The notes under the pieces are model-generated. The model was not told where the DNA came from. It saw only the letters and a program-made list of their open reading frames with translations, and did no database searches. A stretch of 32,000 bases of DNA from Bacilli bacterium (lineage in GTDB: Bacteria; Bacillota_I; Bacilli_A; RF39; UBA660). The stretch is taken from contig JAFUTX010000013.1 in NCBI GenBank assembly GCA_017484065.1, positions 85,137 to 117,136 of the forward strand. The letters run 5' to 3'. Shown here piece after piece: positions 1-8,890 of the stretch. Position 1 is the stretch's first letter, and each line of letters opens with the position of its first letter. Both the position numbers and the translations under genes were made by a program.

Positions 1-634
1 TTAATTTATCATCTAATGCTATTACTTCTAATTCTACATTAATATCCTTAATTAACTTATTAGCACGGTTAATAGCATTAATTTCTTGCATATATTCTAA
101 CTTTTTATCGAATGACAATGGAATAAAATTAGTAATAACATCTGTTAAAAGATTTATATCATTAATACCATTAATTGAATTTAGAATACTATTAGATATA
201 TCTGAAGAAGATTTAATATATTGATTTAATACTTGTAATAACTTTTTAGTTTTAGCAGATACTTCTATTTCATCATATTTAGGAAGTTCTACTTCTATAA
301 GTTTCGAAAACAAAATATTTTTATTATCTTCTAAAGCTACATATTTATCTACTACGATTCTTTTTAAACCACGAACAGTTATGGCAATCATGCCATTAGG
401 TAGCTCTATTTTACTCTTAACTTTTCCTATTACTCCAACATTTGGTAAATCATCTTCATCTGGTTCTTCTTCCATTGGATCTTTAGGACATACAAATAAT
501 ATTTTACCATTATATTCTTTTAATGATTTAGCTAAAGCCTTTTTACTAAAATCATTATCTAATTCAATCTTTATCTCTTGATTAGGAAGTAAAACTAAGT
601 CTTTTAAAAGTAAGACAGGTAGTATATAATCCAT
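1..634 (-). CDS. lon: Lon protease (LonA-type), N-terminal substrate-binding domain; 5' part only, the gene runs off the left edge
   Basis: Absent from the ORF track because there is no stop inside the window. My translation from the ATG at 634-632 gives MDYILPVLLLKDLVLLPNQEIKIELDNDFSKKALAKSLKEYNGKILFVCPKDP...GVIGKVKSKIELPNGMIAITVRGLKRIVV, the typical LON N-domain pattern. A GGGAGG Shine-Dalgarno sits at 644-649. The frame stays open to position 1. Confidence 0.7.
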   Translation of the reverse strand, partial: MDYILPVLLLKDLVLLPNQEIKIELDNDFSKKALAKSLKEYNGKILFVCPKDPMEEEPDEDDLPNVGVIGKVKSKIELPNGMIAITVRGLKRIVVDKYVALEDNKNILFSKLIEVELPKYDEIEVSAKTKKLLQVLNQYIKSSSDISNSILNSINGINDINLLTDVITNFIPLSFDKKLEYMQEINAINRANKLIKDINVELEVIALDDKL

Positions 635-680
635 AAGTTGAAACCTCCCTTGATTTGATAAAAGTTATTATAATTAGAAA

Positions 681-701
681 AAAGCATTTTGTAAATGCTT
701 T
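681..701. terminator. Rho-independent terminator hairpin, usable on both strands
   Basis: AAAGCATTT-tgt-AAATGCTTT stem-loop flanked by A and T runs. It lies just downstream of the stop of the 758..2314 gene. Confidence 0.6.
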
Positions 702-757
702 TTATTGTTTTTTAAAAAAATTGATAAACTAAAGCTTACCAATTTTTAAATTTTATC

Positions 758-2314
758 TTATACACTTAAAGTATACGGATTAGAACTTGTTCCTGCTCCG
801 CCTGTTATTTGTACTGTTGATTTTAGATATAGGGCTGGGCGAACCGCATTTGTCTGATCAACGGTGTTATAACCGTATTCGACTTCACCGTAGTCCCTTA
901 AACTAGCTGCATTATTTACAGTTTCAGAATATGGCGACAAAAACCATTCTATAATGAATTCTTTATTAAAAATCCAACTAGCTCCACGACAATAAAGATT
1001 AGGCGAAGTATAAGCGATTCCTTCTATAGATAAACATCCTGCTCCATATGGATCTGTTCCTCCTGTGCCTGTGGCAGCACCAGTTGCCGCTCCTGATGTT
1101 ACATAGTTTGTTGAATATCCATAATCACTTGGATACATTAATGCTATATTACTTGTTACACTTGTTGGATTTCCGCTATATACATTATTACTTCTCTCTC
1201 CAATATAATATCCACTTGTTGGTGCATTAACATCACTTGGATATCCTAAATACCATGTTGCTGTATCTATTAAGTTTTTATTACTTAAACTATTATAATA
1301 TGTTCCATTTAAATATTCATTTAATGTTGCATGTTCCCAGTTGTTTTCATTATATGTTGTGGTTTGTACTGAACTAGCATTTGCAGTATCTAACTCATTT
1401 AATCTTACTATTTTATTTTCATTCTTTAGTAGATTATTACTTACTCCACTTGCTGATGTATCATTCCACTCCATAAAATCTGCAAGAGGTTCTGCTCTCA
1501 TTATCTTAACTCTTGTTGCAGTTGCTCCTCCTACAGTTCCTCCTGATACATTATTCATTACTCCGATGATTCTCCATAACTCTCCATTAAAAGATACATA
1601 GTTATCCGGATCTGCTCCTACATATCTTAAGTTGTTATCAACTGTTCCATCATAGTATAATGTATCATCATTTGCTGCTAGATTTGTTATATATGTTGTT
1701 GCTAATGTTCCTGATGGTGCTGGTGCTGTTGTATTATATGCGCTTATTGTTATCTTTCCACTATAACTCTTATTCATTTGAGTTGATGGTGCGTACTTAT
1801 CTAACCATAATCTTAAGCGATATGTTACTGTATATCCACTTTGTCCATTTGGTGCAAGTATTCCATCTGTTAATGCTCTTGCATCATCTGCTACATTATT
1901 TGCTAATACTTGTGTTCCAGTTTCATATTCTGTTATTAATTTTACTGGATTACTATCTAATACTGCATCTATACTTGATAATGCTATTCTATTTGCATTA
2001 CTATTAGCTAGTATTAAACTTTCTAGATTTACTGTATATGCTACATATCCACTACATCTATTTGTGATTGTGAATTGATAACCTTCTGAAGACATTCCTT
2101 CTTCATCACTTATTGGATAAGTCTTTTGTAGTTTTACTCCTGTTTTACCCACTTCTGTATCTGTTAAGCTTAAACTTAAACATGTTGTTCCAACTATATT
2201 TTCATCTGTTTGGGTTTGTGTTGTAGTCCAGTATGCGTATGATCCCCCTACTACTAGTAATACTACTAATACTATAGCTGCTATTACATAGTACTTTCTT
2301 TTGTTATTTTCCAT
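758..2314 (-). CDS. Secreted or cell-surface protein with a SipW-cognate (TasA/camelysin-type) signal peptide; function unknown
   Basis: The N-terminus is MENNKRKYYVIAAIVLVVLLVVGGSYAYWTTTQ: a basic stretch, a hydrophobic helix, then GG-S-YAYW-T, which matches the G-[TS]-[FY]-A-[YF]-[FW]-[ST] end of SipW-dependent signal peptides. AGGAGG RBS upstream. The C-terminus carries a ...VRPALYLK... motif. The remainder was not recognised. Confidence 0.6.
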   Translation of the reverse strand: MENNKRKYYVIAAIVLVVLLVVGGSYAYWTTTQTQTDENIVGTTCLSLSLTDTEVGKTGVKLQKTYPISDEEGMSSEGYQFTITNRCSGYVAYTVNLESLILANSNANRIALSSIDAVLDSNPVKLITEYETGTQVLANNVADDARALTDGILAPNGQSGYTVTYRLRLWLDKYAPSTQMNKSYSGKITISAYNTTAPAPSGTLATTYITNLAANDDTLYYDGTVDNNLRYVGADPDNYVSFNGELWRIIGVMNNVSGGTVGGATATRVKIMRAEPLADFMEWNDTSASGVSNNLLKNENKIVRLNELDTANASSVQTTTYNENNWEHATLNEYLNGTYYNSLSNKNLIDTATWYLGYPSDVNAPTSGYYIGERSNNVYSGNPTSVTSNIALMYPSDYGYSTNYVTSGAATGAATGTGGTDPYGAGCLSIEGIAYTSPNLYCRGASWIFNKEFIIEWFLSPYSETVNNAASLRDYGEVEYGYNTVDQTNAVRPALYLKSTVQITGGAGTSSNPYTLSV

Positions 2315-2375
2315 AGGACTTTCCTCCTATACTAAAGTCTTGGCAAATTAGTTCGTTATTTACTACTAATTTTTG

Positions 2376-2385
2376 CCCCCCCCCC
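2376..2385 (-). repeat. Homopolymeric C10 tract (G10 on the coding strand) in the leader/promoter region of the 758..2314 gene
   Basis: Counted directly: ttttgCCCCCCCCCCgaaac. It lies 62-71 nt upstream of the ATG at 2314 and is enclosed by the inverted repeat GTTCGTT (2351-2357) / AACGAAC (2388-2394). Confidence 0.9.
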
Positions 2386-2474
2386 GAAACGAACAAATGT
2401 ATTCATTAAATTCACCTCTCTATAGTAGAAATACACATTATCTCTACCTCTATCTTGTTCTATTTTAGTTTATC

Positions 2475-2531
2475 AAAAAAAACTCAAGAATTCAATAATA
2501 ATCTTGAGTGTTTTTACAATATTTTACTATT
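2475..2531. repeat. Direct repeat copy 1 (terminator hairpin plus flank), downstream of the Fic gene
   Basis: The 49 nt at 2483-2531 (ctcaagaattcaataataatcttgagtgtttttacaatattttactatt) are identical to 3630-3678, and both are preceded by an A-run. The repeat contains the hairpin CTCAAGA-N13-TCTTGAG with A8 and T5 flanks, a bidirectional terminator. Confidence 0.9.
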
Positions 2532-3534
2532 ATATCTTATAATACATTTGATTTTTACTAGTGGGCTTATCAGGAATTGTTAATGCAACAACTCCTTCTT
2601 TTACAGCTGGATCAAGATAAACTGATCTTAAAGTTTCTTTAGATTTAATTCCTAATTTATTCATTATTTCATTTGCAGTTAGTGGAACATTGTATTCCAT
2701 AACATCGAGTAATTTATTGATATTTATTCCTATTTCAGTTATTGTAACAGAACTTGTTTTAATTGTTTCAGCTAATACTTCATCAATCATTTTTAACATA
2801 AACTCAACAAATTCAGTTGAATTTCCATTTTGATTACAATTATTAATAGATTTATAATAATCATTTTGGTATTTATGAATTATTGATTCAAGAGGAAGAT
2901 ATTCAAATAATCCTTTCCATTTAGATAATATAATATTTTGCCATAGCCTTACAGTTCTACCATTACCATCGCTAAAAGGATGAATAAATACAAATTCGTA
3001 ATGAAAAACAGATGATAATATTAATGGATGAATTTTTTCATTATTTTTTTTCATCCAAGCAAATAATTGCTTCATTAATTCATCTACTTGTTCAGGCGGT
3101 GGGCAAAAATGAATACAATTACCTTTTTCATCAAAGACACCTTCATTACCTTTTCTAAATTTTCCAGAATCATTAACAGTTAAATATGTCATAACTCCGT
3201 GCACTTTTTTTAAATCTTTTATAGAATAAGCATCGACACTATTAATCATTTCATATGCATTATAAGCATTTTTTACATCTTGTATTTCTTTTTGAGGACC
3301 TATAACTGTTCTTCCTGCTATTACATCTTTAACTTGTCCTAATGATAAAGAATTTGCTTCTATGGCTAAAGAAGAGTGAATAGATTTAATTCTACTATTT
3401 CTTCTTAATACTGGCATTTTATTAAAGTTAGTATAACTATCAAGTTTACCAATTTTCTCCATTATGCTAGAAACATAATCTAATATTTTATTGGTAATTG
3501 TATATGGTGGTTCGTAAAGATCCATTGAAATCAC
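2530..3534 (-). CDS. Fic family protein (AMPylase-type Fido domain) with a C-terminal winged-helix-like tail
   Basis: The canonical Fic motif HPFSDGNGRTVRLW matches HPFx[DE]GN[GK]R. An N-terminal SLAIEAN resembles the [ST]xxxE[GN] inhibitory helix, with A in the last position. Confidence 0.85.
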   Translation of the reverse strand: MISMDLYEPPYTITNKILDYVSSIMEKIGKLDSYTNFNKMPVLRRNSRIKSIHSSLAIEANSLSLGQVKDVIAGRTVIGPQKEIQDVKNAYNAYEMINSVDAYSIKDLKKVHGVMTYLTVNDSGKFRKGNEGVFDEKGNCIHFCPPPEQVDELMKQLFAWMKKNNEKIHPLILSSVFHYEFVFIHPFSDGNGRTVRLWQNIILSKWKGLFEYLPLESIIHKYQNDYYKSINNCNQNGNSTEFVEFMLKMIDEVLAETIKTSSVTITEIGININKLLDVMEYNVPLTANEIMNKLGIKSKETLRSVYLDPAVKEGVVALTIPDKPTSKNQMYYKI

Positions 3535-3586
3535 CTCTATTTCTTATGTACTTATTATACTAAAAATTTAAATTATTATCAATACA

Positions 3587-3619
3587 TCTTACTTAAATCT
3601 TGCTTAAATCTTACTTAAT
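3587..3619. repeat. Three tandem 11-bp repeats upstream of the Fic gene
   Basis: TCTTACTTAAA / TCTTGCTTAAA / TCTTACTTAAT in direct succession, 53-85 nt upstream of the Fic start codon. Confidence 0.8.
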
Positions 3620-3620
3620 T

Positions 3621-3678
3621 AAAAAAACACTCAAGAATTCAATAATAATCTTGAGTGTTTTTACAATATTTTACTATT
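3621..3678. repeat. Direct repeat copy 2 (terminator hairpin plus flank), downstream of the small ORF and recD2
   Basis: Identical 49 nt to copy 1, with stem CACTCAAGA / TCTTGAGTG. The right end of the repeat overlaps the last codon and stop of the 3674..3838 ORF. Confidence 0.9.
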
Positions 3679-3838
3679 GCATATTATTTGATTTAAGCAT
3701 ATCATTAGCTTCATCAATCATAGTACCGATTAATTTATCAGCTTTTTTCTTAGTACTTTTATTAGTTAAGATATAAGTGGCCATACCAGTAGCTCCTGCT
3801 ACTAACATAGTAGCCATCATTTTTTTCATCATACTCAT
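3674..3838 (-). CDS. Small (54 aa) hypothetical membrane-associated protein
   Basis: Below the ORF-track size cutoff. My translation is MSMMKKMMATMLVAGATGMATYILTNKSTKKKADKLIGTMIDEANDMLKSNNMQ*, with an AAGGA RBS upstream. It has one hydrophobic segment followed by an amphipathic tail. Confidence 0.45.
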   Translation of the reverse strand: MSMMKKMMATMLVAGATGMATYILTNKSTKKKADKLIGTMIDEANDMLKSNNMQ

Positions 3839-3870
3839 TTTATCACATCCTTATTAGTAGTATGAGCAGT

Positions 3871-6081
3871 TTATAAAGTATTATACAATAATTCCTTTAG
3901 AGAAGTTTTACGCATTTTACTATAATTATTATTAATTGCCATAACAAACGAGTTAATTTCTCCGATTAAAACTAAACTCTTTTTAGCACGACTTACACCT
4001 GTATATAGTAATTTATTATATAACATTTTAGAATAGTTCTTACTAATTGGCATTATTACATGAGCAAATTCACTACCTTGACTTTTATGAATAGTAATAG
4101 CATATGCATGTTTAATCATTGATAAATCTTCTTTATTATATTCAACATAATTACCTTCAAAATCAATAAGTACTTTATCTTTTTCTTTATTATTCTTTTT
4201 ATATATTATTTGTTTAATATAACCAATATCTCCATTAAAGACATTACAATCAGGATTATTAACAAGTTGTAATACTTTATCATTAATTCGATATGTAATA
4301 TCACCATATTTTATTTCTTTTGTATCTATACTAGGAGGATTAAAAATATTTTGCAATAAAACATTTAAACTATCTATACCATTTTCTCCTTTATACATTG
4401 GAGCAAGTATTTGTATTTCGTTATCTTTAATACCCTTTTCAATAGATCTTTCACAGATTTGTTTAATAAATTCTTTAATCGCTGAAGAACTAGTATTTAT
4501 AAAATTATAATCATCTTTCTTTTCTAAGAAATCATCTGATAAATCACATTCTTTAATTTCTTTGGCCAAATAAGGTATATAAGAATTATTACTTTGACGA
4601 TAAATACGATTTAAAGGTATATATTCAAACTTCTTTGATTCAATTAAATCATTTAATATAAGACCTGGTCCTACACTTGGTAGTTGGAAAGAATCTCCTA
4701 CTATTACTAATTGAACATCACTATATATTCCTTTAAGTAATGCATCAAATAAATTAATATCAATCATACTAAATTCATCAACAATAATTAACTTATGATG
4801 ATTTCTATTATATTCATTTACTCCAAAATCATCAGTATCTTTATTCCATTTTAAATAACGATGTAAAGTCATTGCCCCAAGTCCTGTAGACATTGATAAC
4901 TTCTTACTAGCACGACCAGTCGGAGCAAGTAAGGCTATTTTAGTATTAATATCATATAAAGATAATTTATTCATTTTAATATATAATTTAACAATAGCAT
5001 TAACTATAGTAGTTTTACCCGTACCAGGTCCTCCACTTATAATAGTAATACGATTTTCTAAAGCTTTTTTAATAGCATCTTTTTGTTCAGAGTTATATTC
5101 TACTTTAGCATTGTATTCTACTTCATCTATTAATGCTTCAAAGTTCTTTATTTCTTTCTTTGGATAATCATTAATTAAAGCTAAAGCCCCTACTATATCT
5201 TTCTCTTTCATATAGTATTCCGTTAAATAGATTTGATTATCTATCCTTACTACATGACCAAGACTCTCTAGTCTATTTAAAACTACTTCTAATTCTTCAC
5301 TAGCTAAATATATCCTAAACTCAGTTTGTAATGTAGAATTAATTTCTTCTAAATAATAATAAGTATCACCAAATTTATTACTTAGTCTTTTCATACTCTC
5401 TATAATACAAGCATTTAATCTAACAATTGAAGTAGCATCTAAATTATTCATTAAATATAAGTTATCTAACTTAGTAAAATCAATAACATCACTAAATACA
5501 TATAGATTTTCTTCTAAATACATCATCGTTTTATCTTTATATTTTTGATATATACTAGTACTCTCTTTTATTGAAAAGCCAAATTTTTTTAAAGCTATTA
5601 AAGTATCATCACTACTACTATTTTTTATTATTGATTCATATATTTTTTTAGCTTTACTCTCACTAATACCTGGTACCATAAGTAAGTTATTATAATTGTC
5701 TTTAATTAAATCAATAGCTTTTACTCCTAAAGTATCAACTATACTAATAGCAGTTTTTTCACCACACCCTTTGATTAATGAACTAGATAAAAATTCGATT
5801 ACAGCATCTTCGGTAGTTAATTCTTGTTTTTCATAATTATTTACTTTATATTGTTTACCATATCTTTCATGAACTACATAATCACCATATAAAAGATAAC
5901 TCTCCTCTGTATTATAATCAACAAAGTTACCTGTAATAGTTATAGATTTATTTACATGGTCTTTTAAGTTTTCATCATTTGTTTCTTTAATACGAAATAG
6001 CGCAACTAAATAACCATTATCACTATTGTAGTAAATTGTATCACCTATCTTACCTTTTATATAGTTCATAATAATCACCAA
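3871..6081 (-). CDS. recD2: RecD2-type (YrrC-like) SF1B ATP-dependent DNA helicase
   Basis: Walker A is ISGGPGTGKTT and Walker B-like is IIVDEFSM. The QLPSVGPG, RQ and TIHKSQGSE motifs, the size and the N-terminal OB/HhH region are typical of RecD2. The true start is probably the ATG at 6069 (MNYIKGK, GGTGA RBS), not the TTG at 6081. Confidence 0.85.
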   Translation of the reverse strand: MVIIMNYIKGKIGDTIYYNSDNGYLVALFRIKETNDENLKDHVNKSITITGNFVDYNTEESYLLYGDYVVHERYGKQYKVNNYEKQELTTEDAVIEFLSSSLIKGCGEKTAISIVDTLGVKAIDLIKDNYNNLLMVPGISESKAKKIYESIIKNSSSDDTLIALKKFGFSIKESTSIYQKYKDKTMMYLEENLYVFSDVIDFTKLDNLYLMNNLDATSIVRLNACIIESMKRLSNKFGDTYYYLEEINSTLQTEFRIYLASEELEVVLNRLESLGHVVRIDNQIYLTEYYMKEKDIVGALALINDYPKKEIKNFEALIDEVEYNAKVEYNSEQKDAIKKALENRITIISGGPGTGKTTIVNAIVKLYIKMNKLSLYDINTKIALLAPTGRASKKLSMSTGLGAMTLHRYLKWNKDTDDFGVNEYNRNHHKLIIVDEFSMIDINLFDALLKGIYSDVQLVIVGDSFQLPSVGPGLILNDLIESKKFEYIPLNRIYRQSNNSYIPYLAKEIKECDLSDDFLEKKDDYNFINTSSSAIKEFIKQICERSIEKGIKDNEIQILAPMYKGENGIDSLNVLLQNIFNPPSIDTKEIKYGDITYRINDKVLQLVNNPDCNVFNGDIGYIKQIIYKKNNKEKDKVLIDFEGNYVEYNKEDLSMIKHAYAITIHKSQGSEFAHVIMPISKNYSKMLYNKLLYTGVSRAKKSLVLIGEINSFVMAINNNYSKMRKTSLKELLYNTL

Positions 6082-6254
6082 TAATTATAATATCACAAAT
6101 AGTTAATTAATAACAACGTCTTTTATTGTATAGTAAAGTAATTTTTTATTATTAAAATAATAGATATTTAATGATTATTTTATTACAATATTTTTTTGTA
6201 AAGTGATTTAGTATTAATTGTAAACTTAAATCTTTTCTGTTAAAATTATAATAG

Positions 6255-7523
6255 GTGATTAGCGTGATAGATAGTTATTTAATAGAATATATTAATGAAT
6301 TAAAGAATAAAAAAGATGTAAATGATATTATCAAAACAATTGAAAAAATATTAGATAAAAAAAGTATAAATAATTTAGATAAGTATTCTAAAGAGGCCCT
6401 TTCACTATCTATGGAAAAGATGATAGTAACTTACATAGAAAAATCATGTATATTAGCTAATAGTTTATCTTATTGGGAAAGATTAAAAAATATTGCTCCA
6501 ATTATGGATAATAATCCTAATTTATTAAAAAGATATATTTATCCATTTTTACATAATCGTATAGAAGTAAGTAATTCAAAGAATATTGACGAAATAAATA
6601 ATTTTTATAATTCTAAAATAAATGATGTAATTCTAAAAGAAAAATTAAGCAAAGAAAAACTAGAAGAATTTAAGAATAAAATTAATGAATTAATACATAA
6701 ACAAATGAAAGTATTAAATAGTAAAACCGGTAAACAAATAGCAACAGCTAGTATAGCTGCTACTTTAGGTATCAGTGCCGTTTCAGCAATTGCTAAAGGA
6801 GATAATGGCTTAGATACTGAAGATATTATTATAGAAGAGACAATTGAACCGCAAGATGAAGTAATTACCGATTTTATAATAGAAGATACAACTGAGCCAG
6901 CAACAGTTGAAGAAACTACAACTGAATTAACAACTACTACAACTACCAAACAAATTACAGAAGCTAGTACAGAAGAAATAAAACAAAATATTAATGATAT
7001 TGATATAGGAGATCTCATTACCAATACTGGAAAACTAACTTATTATAATAGTGATAATAATATAATGGAAGGTGGTCCTAAGGATAGATACGAAAAGCTA
7101 CTTGAAGATGGCAAAGTTGCTATAAAACATCATCAAGTATTTGATGATGATGGTAATCTATTATATGAATATAGTTGGTTAAATGACCATAGTGTTATAT
7201 ATATTGATGCATATTATCTAGATAATAATGGTAATAAAATAAGAACAGATAATTATGGTAATAATAATTTCTTTTATGTTTGTGATAATGGTGGTGGCCT
7301 TGATGATTATCAAGTTGATATTTGGGTTGATGCCAGTGCAAATGAACTTAATTATGGTAAGTATGGTAGTTATGATATAGATACAGATAATCCTAAATCT
7401 ACTAAGGCATATGTAAATATTTATTTAGTTGCAGAAAATGTTTCTTGGGATGAATACGTTGCACATTTTAGAGACAAAACTAAAGAAGAAGTTTACAATT
7501 ATTTACAAGCAAAAACAAGATGA
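6255..7523 (+). CDS. Membrane-anchored protein with a Thr/Glu-rich linker and a possible C-terminal 3D (MltA/RlpA-like) domain
   Basis: The TM segment is IATASIAATLGISAVSAIA and the linker is TTELTTTTTTKQ. The C-terminal CDNGGGLDDYQVDIWVD resembles the Asp-rich 3D-domain motif. The start is GTG and uncertain. Confidence 0.45.
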   Translation: MISVIDSYLIEYINELKNKKDVNDIIKTIEKILDKKSINNLDKYSKEALSLSMEKMIVTYIEKSCILANSLSYWERLKNIAPIMDNNPNLLKRYIYPFLHNRIEVSNSKNIDEINNFYNSKINDVILKEKLSKEKLEEFKNKINELIHKQMKVLNSKTGKQIATASIAATLGISAVSAIAKGDNGLDTEDIIIEETIEPQDEVITDFIIEDTTEPATVEETTTELTTTTTTKQITEASTEEIKQNINDIDIGDLITNTGKLTYYNSDNNIMEGGPKDRYEKLLEDGKVAIKHHQVFDDDGNLLYEYSWLNDHSVIYIDAYYLDNNGNKIRTDNYGNNNFFYVCDNGGGLDDYQVDIWVDASANELNYGKYGSYDIDTDNPKSTKAYVNIYLVAENVSWDEYVAHFRDKTKEEVYNYLQAKTR

Positions 7524-7539
7524 AATTCCATCTTGTTTT
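7512..7539. terminator. Bidirectional terminator between convergent genes
   Basis: AAAACAAGATG-aaattc-CATCTTGTTTT, an 11-bp perfect stem overlapping the stop of the 6255..7523 gene. Confidence 0.7.
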
Positions 7540-7540
7540 A

Positions 7541-8872
7541 TTATGCTCTTTCTAACTTGCAAGTATAACCTTTAGTAGTATAGTATGTTCTAATACTAGC
7601 TAATGATGTTGGAAATGTTGAACCGTATTCACTATCTAGCGTACTACTAGTTAAACTATTTTCATAAGTTAATTCATAATTACTATCATTAAATTTAGGA
7701 ATACCTTCATAATTATTATATTTATATGATTTATCATTTTCATAATTACTTTTAATTATTAAATAATTAGAATCTTTAACAAATTTAATACTTTTAACTC
7801 TTTTGGCCATTTTAGAATATGTATAATTAGCTTGTAAACCTATTTTATCAATATTACTTATTACATAATCACTATTAGATGTATCATCTTTACTACAAGT
7901 TAGATATGATACTGGAGCAGAACCACTAACTACTAATTTACCAGTTACATCAGTTTTATTTCCAGCCTCATCACTTACAGTTATGCTTATTTCGTAAGTA
8001 CCTTCAGCATTGGTATTATTTGTTACATCACTTTTAGTGTATTCAAAACTACATTCACTAGCATCATCACAACTATCAATGAAATCTTCAATTTTGTATG
8101 TTCCACCAATATAAGTAGTAACTTCTTTAGTTGTTACTTTAGGTGCAGTTGTATCTGCCACTTTAACACTACCAGTTTTACTTACTTCACCACATTTAAC
8201 TGTATATTCATATATACCTTCTTTTTTTATATCTACTTTTGATAAATCCACAGTACAACTACTAGCTGATATGTTAGAAACAGTAGCATATTTTTCAACA
8301 GTTGTATCAAGTGTACTACCAAGTTCTAAGTCTACAGTTTTAGCATCTATAGTTACTGGTGCAACTTTATTACCAGCTAATCTTAAATAGAAGAATAATC
8401 CTCCACCAATTATTAAACAAACTATTATCAAAATTATTACTAATGTACCAGTTTTTTTCTTCTTTTTTTGAGGAGGTTCTGGTGCAACAGTTGGTTGATT
8501 ATAATTATTAAAACCATTATTCGGATTTTGATTCATCCCATTATCCATATTATATCCATTACCATATGCATTGTTTGGATAATACATTTGTGAATTGTCC
8601 ATATTTTGCATATTATTATTATTTTGATCAAGATTTAGTTCTTGTTCAAAATTAGACAAATTTACTGTATTCATTGGATTTTGATTAGTATTTTGGACAA
8701 ATGGATTTAAATTAGATAAATCATTGTTATAATTCATACCATTATTCATGTTATTGGTCATATTATTATCTAAGCTATCAATACCATTTTGATTATTATT
8801 TAAATCATTATTCATATCATTACCCTCTTTATTATATAAATTAATTATATTAGTTTTTCTAATAAATTGCAA
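7541..8872 (-). CDS. Single-pass membrane protein with an Asn/Gln-rich cytoplasmic N-terminus and extracellular Ig-like repeats
   Basis: Low-complexity N/Q/M region, then KKKKK plus the TM helix LVIILIIVCLIIGGGLFFYL. Two segments follow with the D-T-x-P ... G-x-Y ... D-x-A-G-N pattern of bacterial Ig-like domains. The probable start is the ATG at 8815 (M20), preceded by GAGGG. Confidence 0.5.
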   Translation of the reverse strand: MQFIRKTNIINLYNKEGNDMNNDLNNNQNGIDSLDNNMTNNMNNGMNYNNDLSNLNPFVQNTNQNPMNTVNLSNFEQELNLDQNNNNMQNMDNSQMYYPNNAYGNGYNMDNGMNQNPNNGFNNYNQPTVAPEPPQKKKKKTGTLVIILIIVCLIIGGGLFFYLRLAGNKVAPVTIDAKTVDLELGSTLDTTVEKYATVSNISASSCTVDLSKVDIKKEGIYEYTVKCGEVSKTGSVKVADTTAPKVTTKEVTTYIGGTYKIEDFIDSCDDASECSFEYTKSDVTNNTNAEGTYEISITVSDEAGNKTDVTGKLVVSGSAPVSYLTCSKDDTSNSDYVISNIDKIGLQANYTYSKMAKRVKSIKFVKDSNYLIIKSNYENDKSYKYNNYEGIPKFNDSNYELTYENSLTSSTLDSEYGSTFPTSLASIRTYYTTKGYTCKLERA

Positions 8873-8890
8873 TATATAAAGAGAAAATAA

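Noticed and set aside
758-1100. The GC-richer 3' end of the 518-aa surface-protein gene as the DGR variable repeat (a remote target).
   Set aside because: I could find no matching template-like sequence near the RT or elsewhere in the window, and the gene is about 27 kb away from the RT. This is unsupported without a computed repeat search.
8480-8815. Repetitive-looking DNA in the N/Q-rich region, considered as a tandem-repeat or CRISPR-like element.
   Set aside because: There is no regular repeat-spacer periodicity. It is in-frame low-complexity coding sequence (AAT/AAC/CAA/ATG codons).
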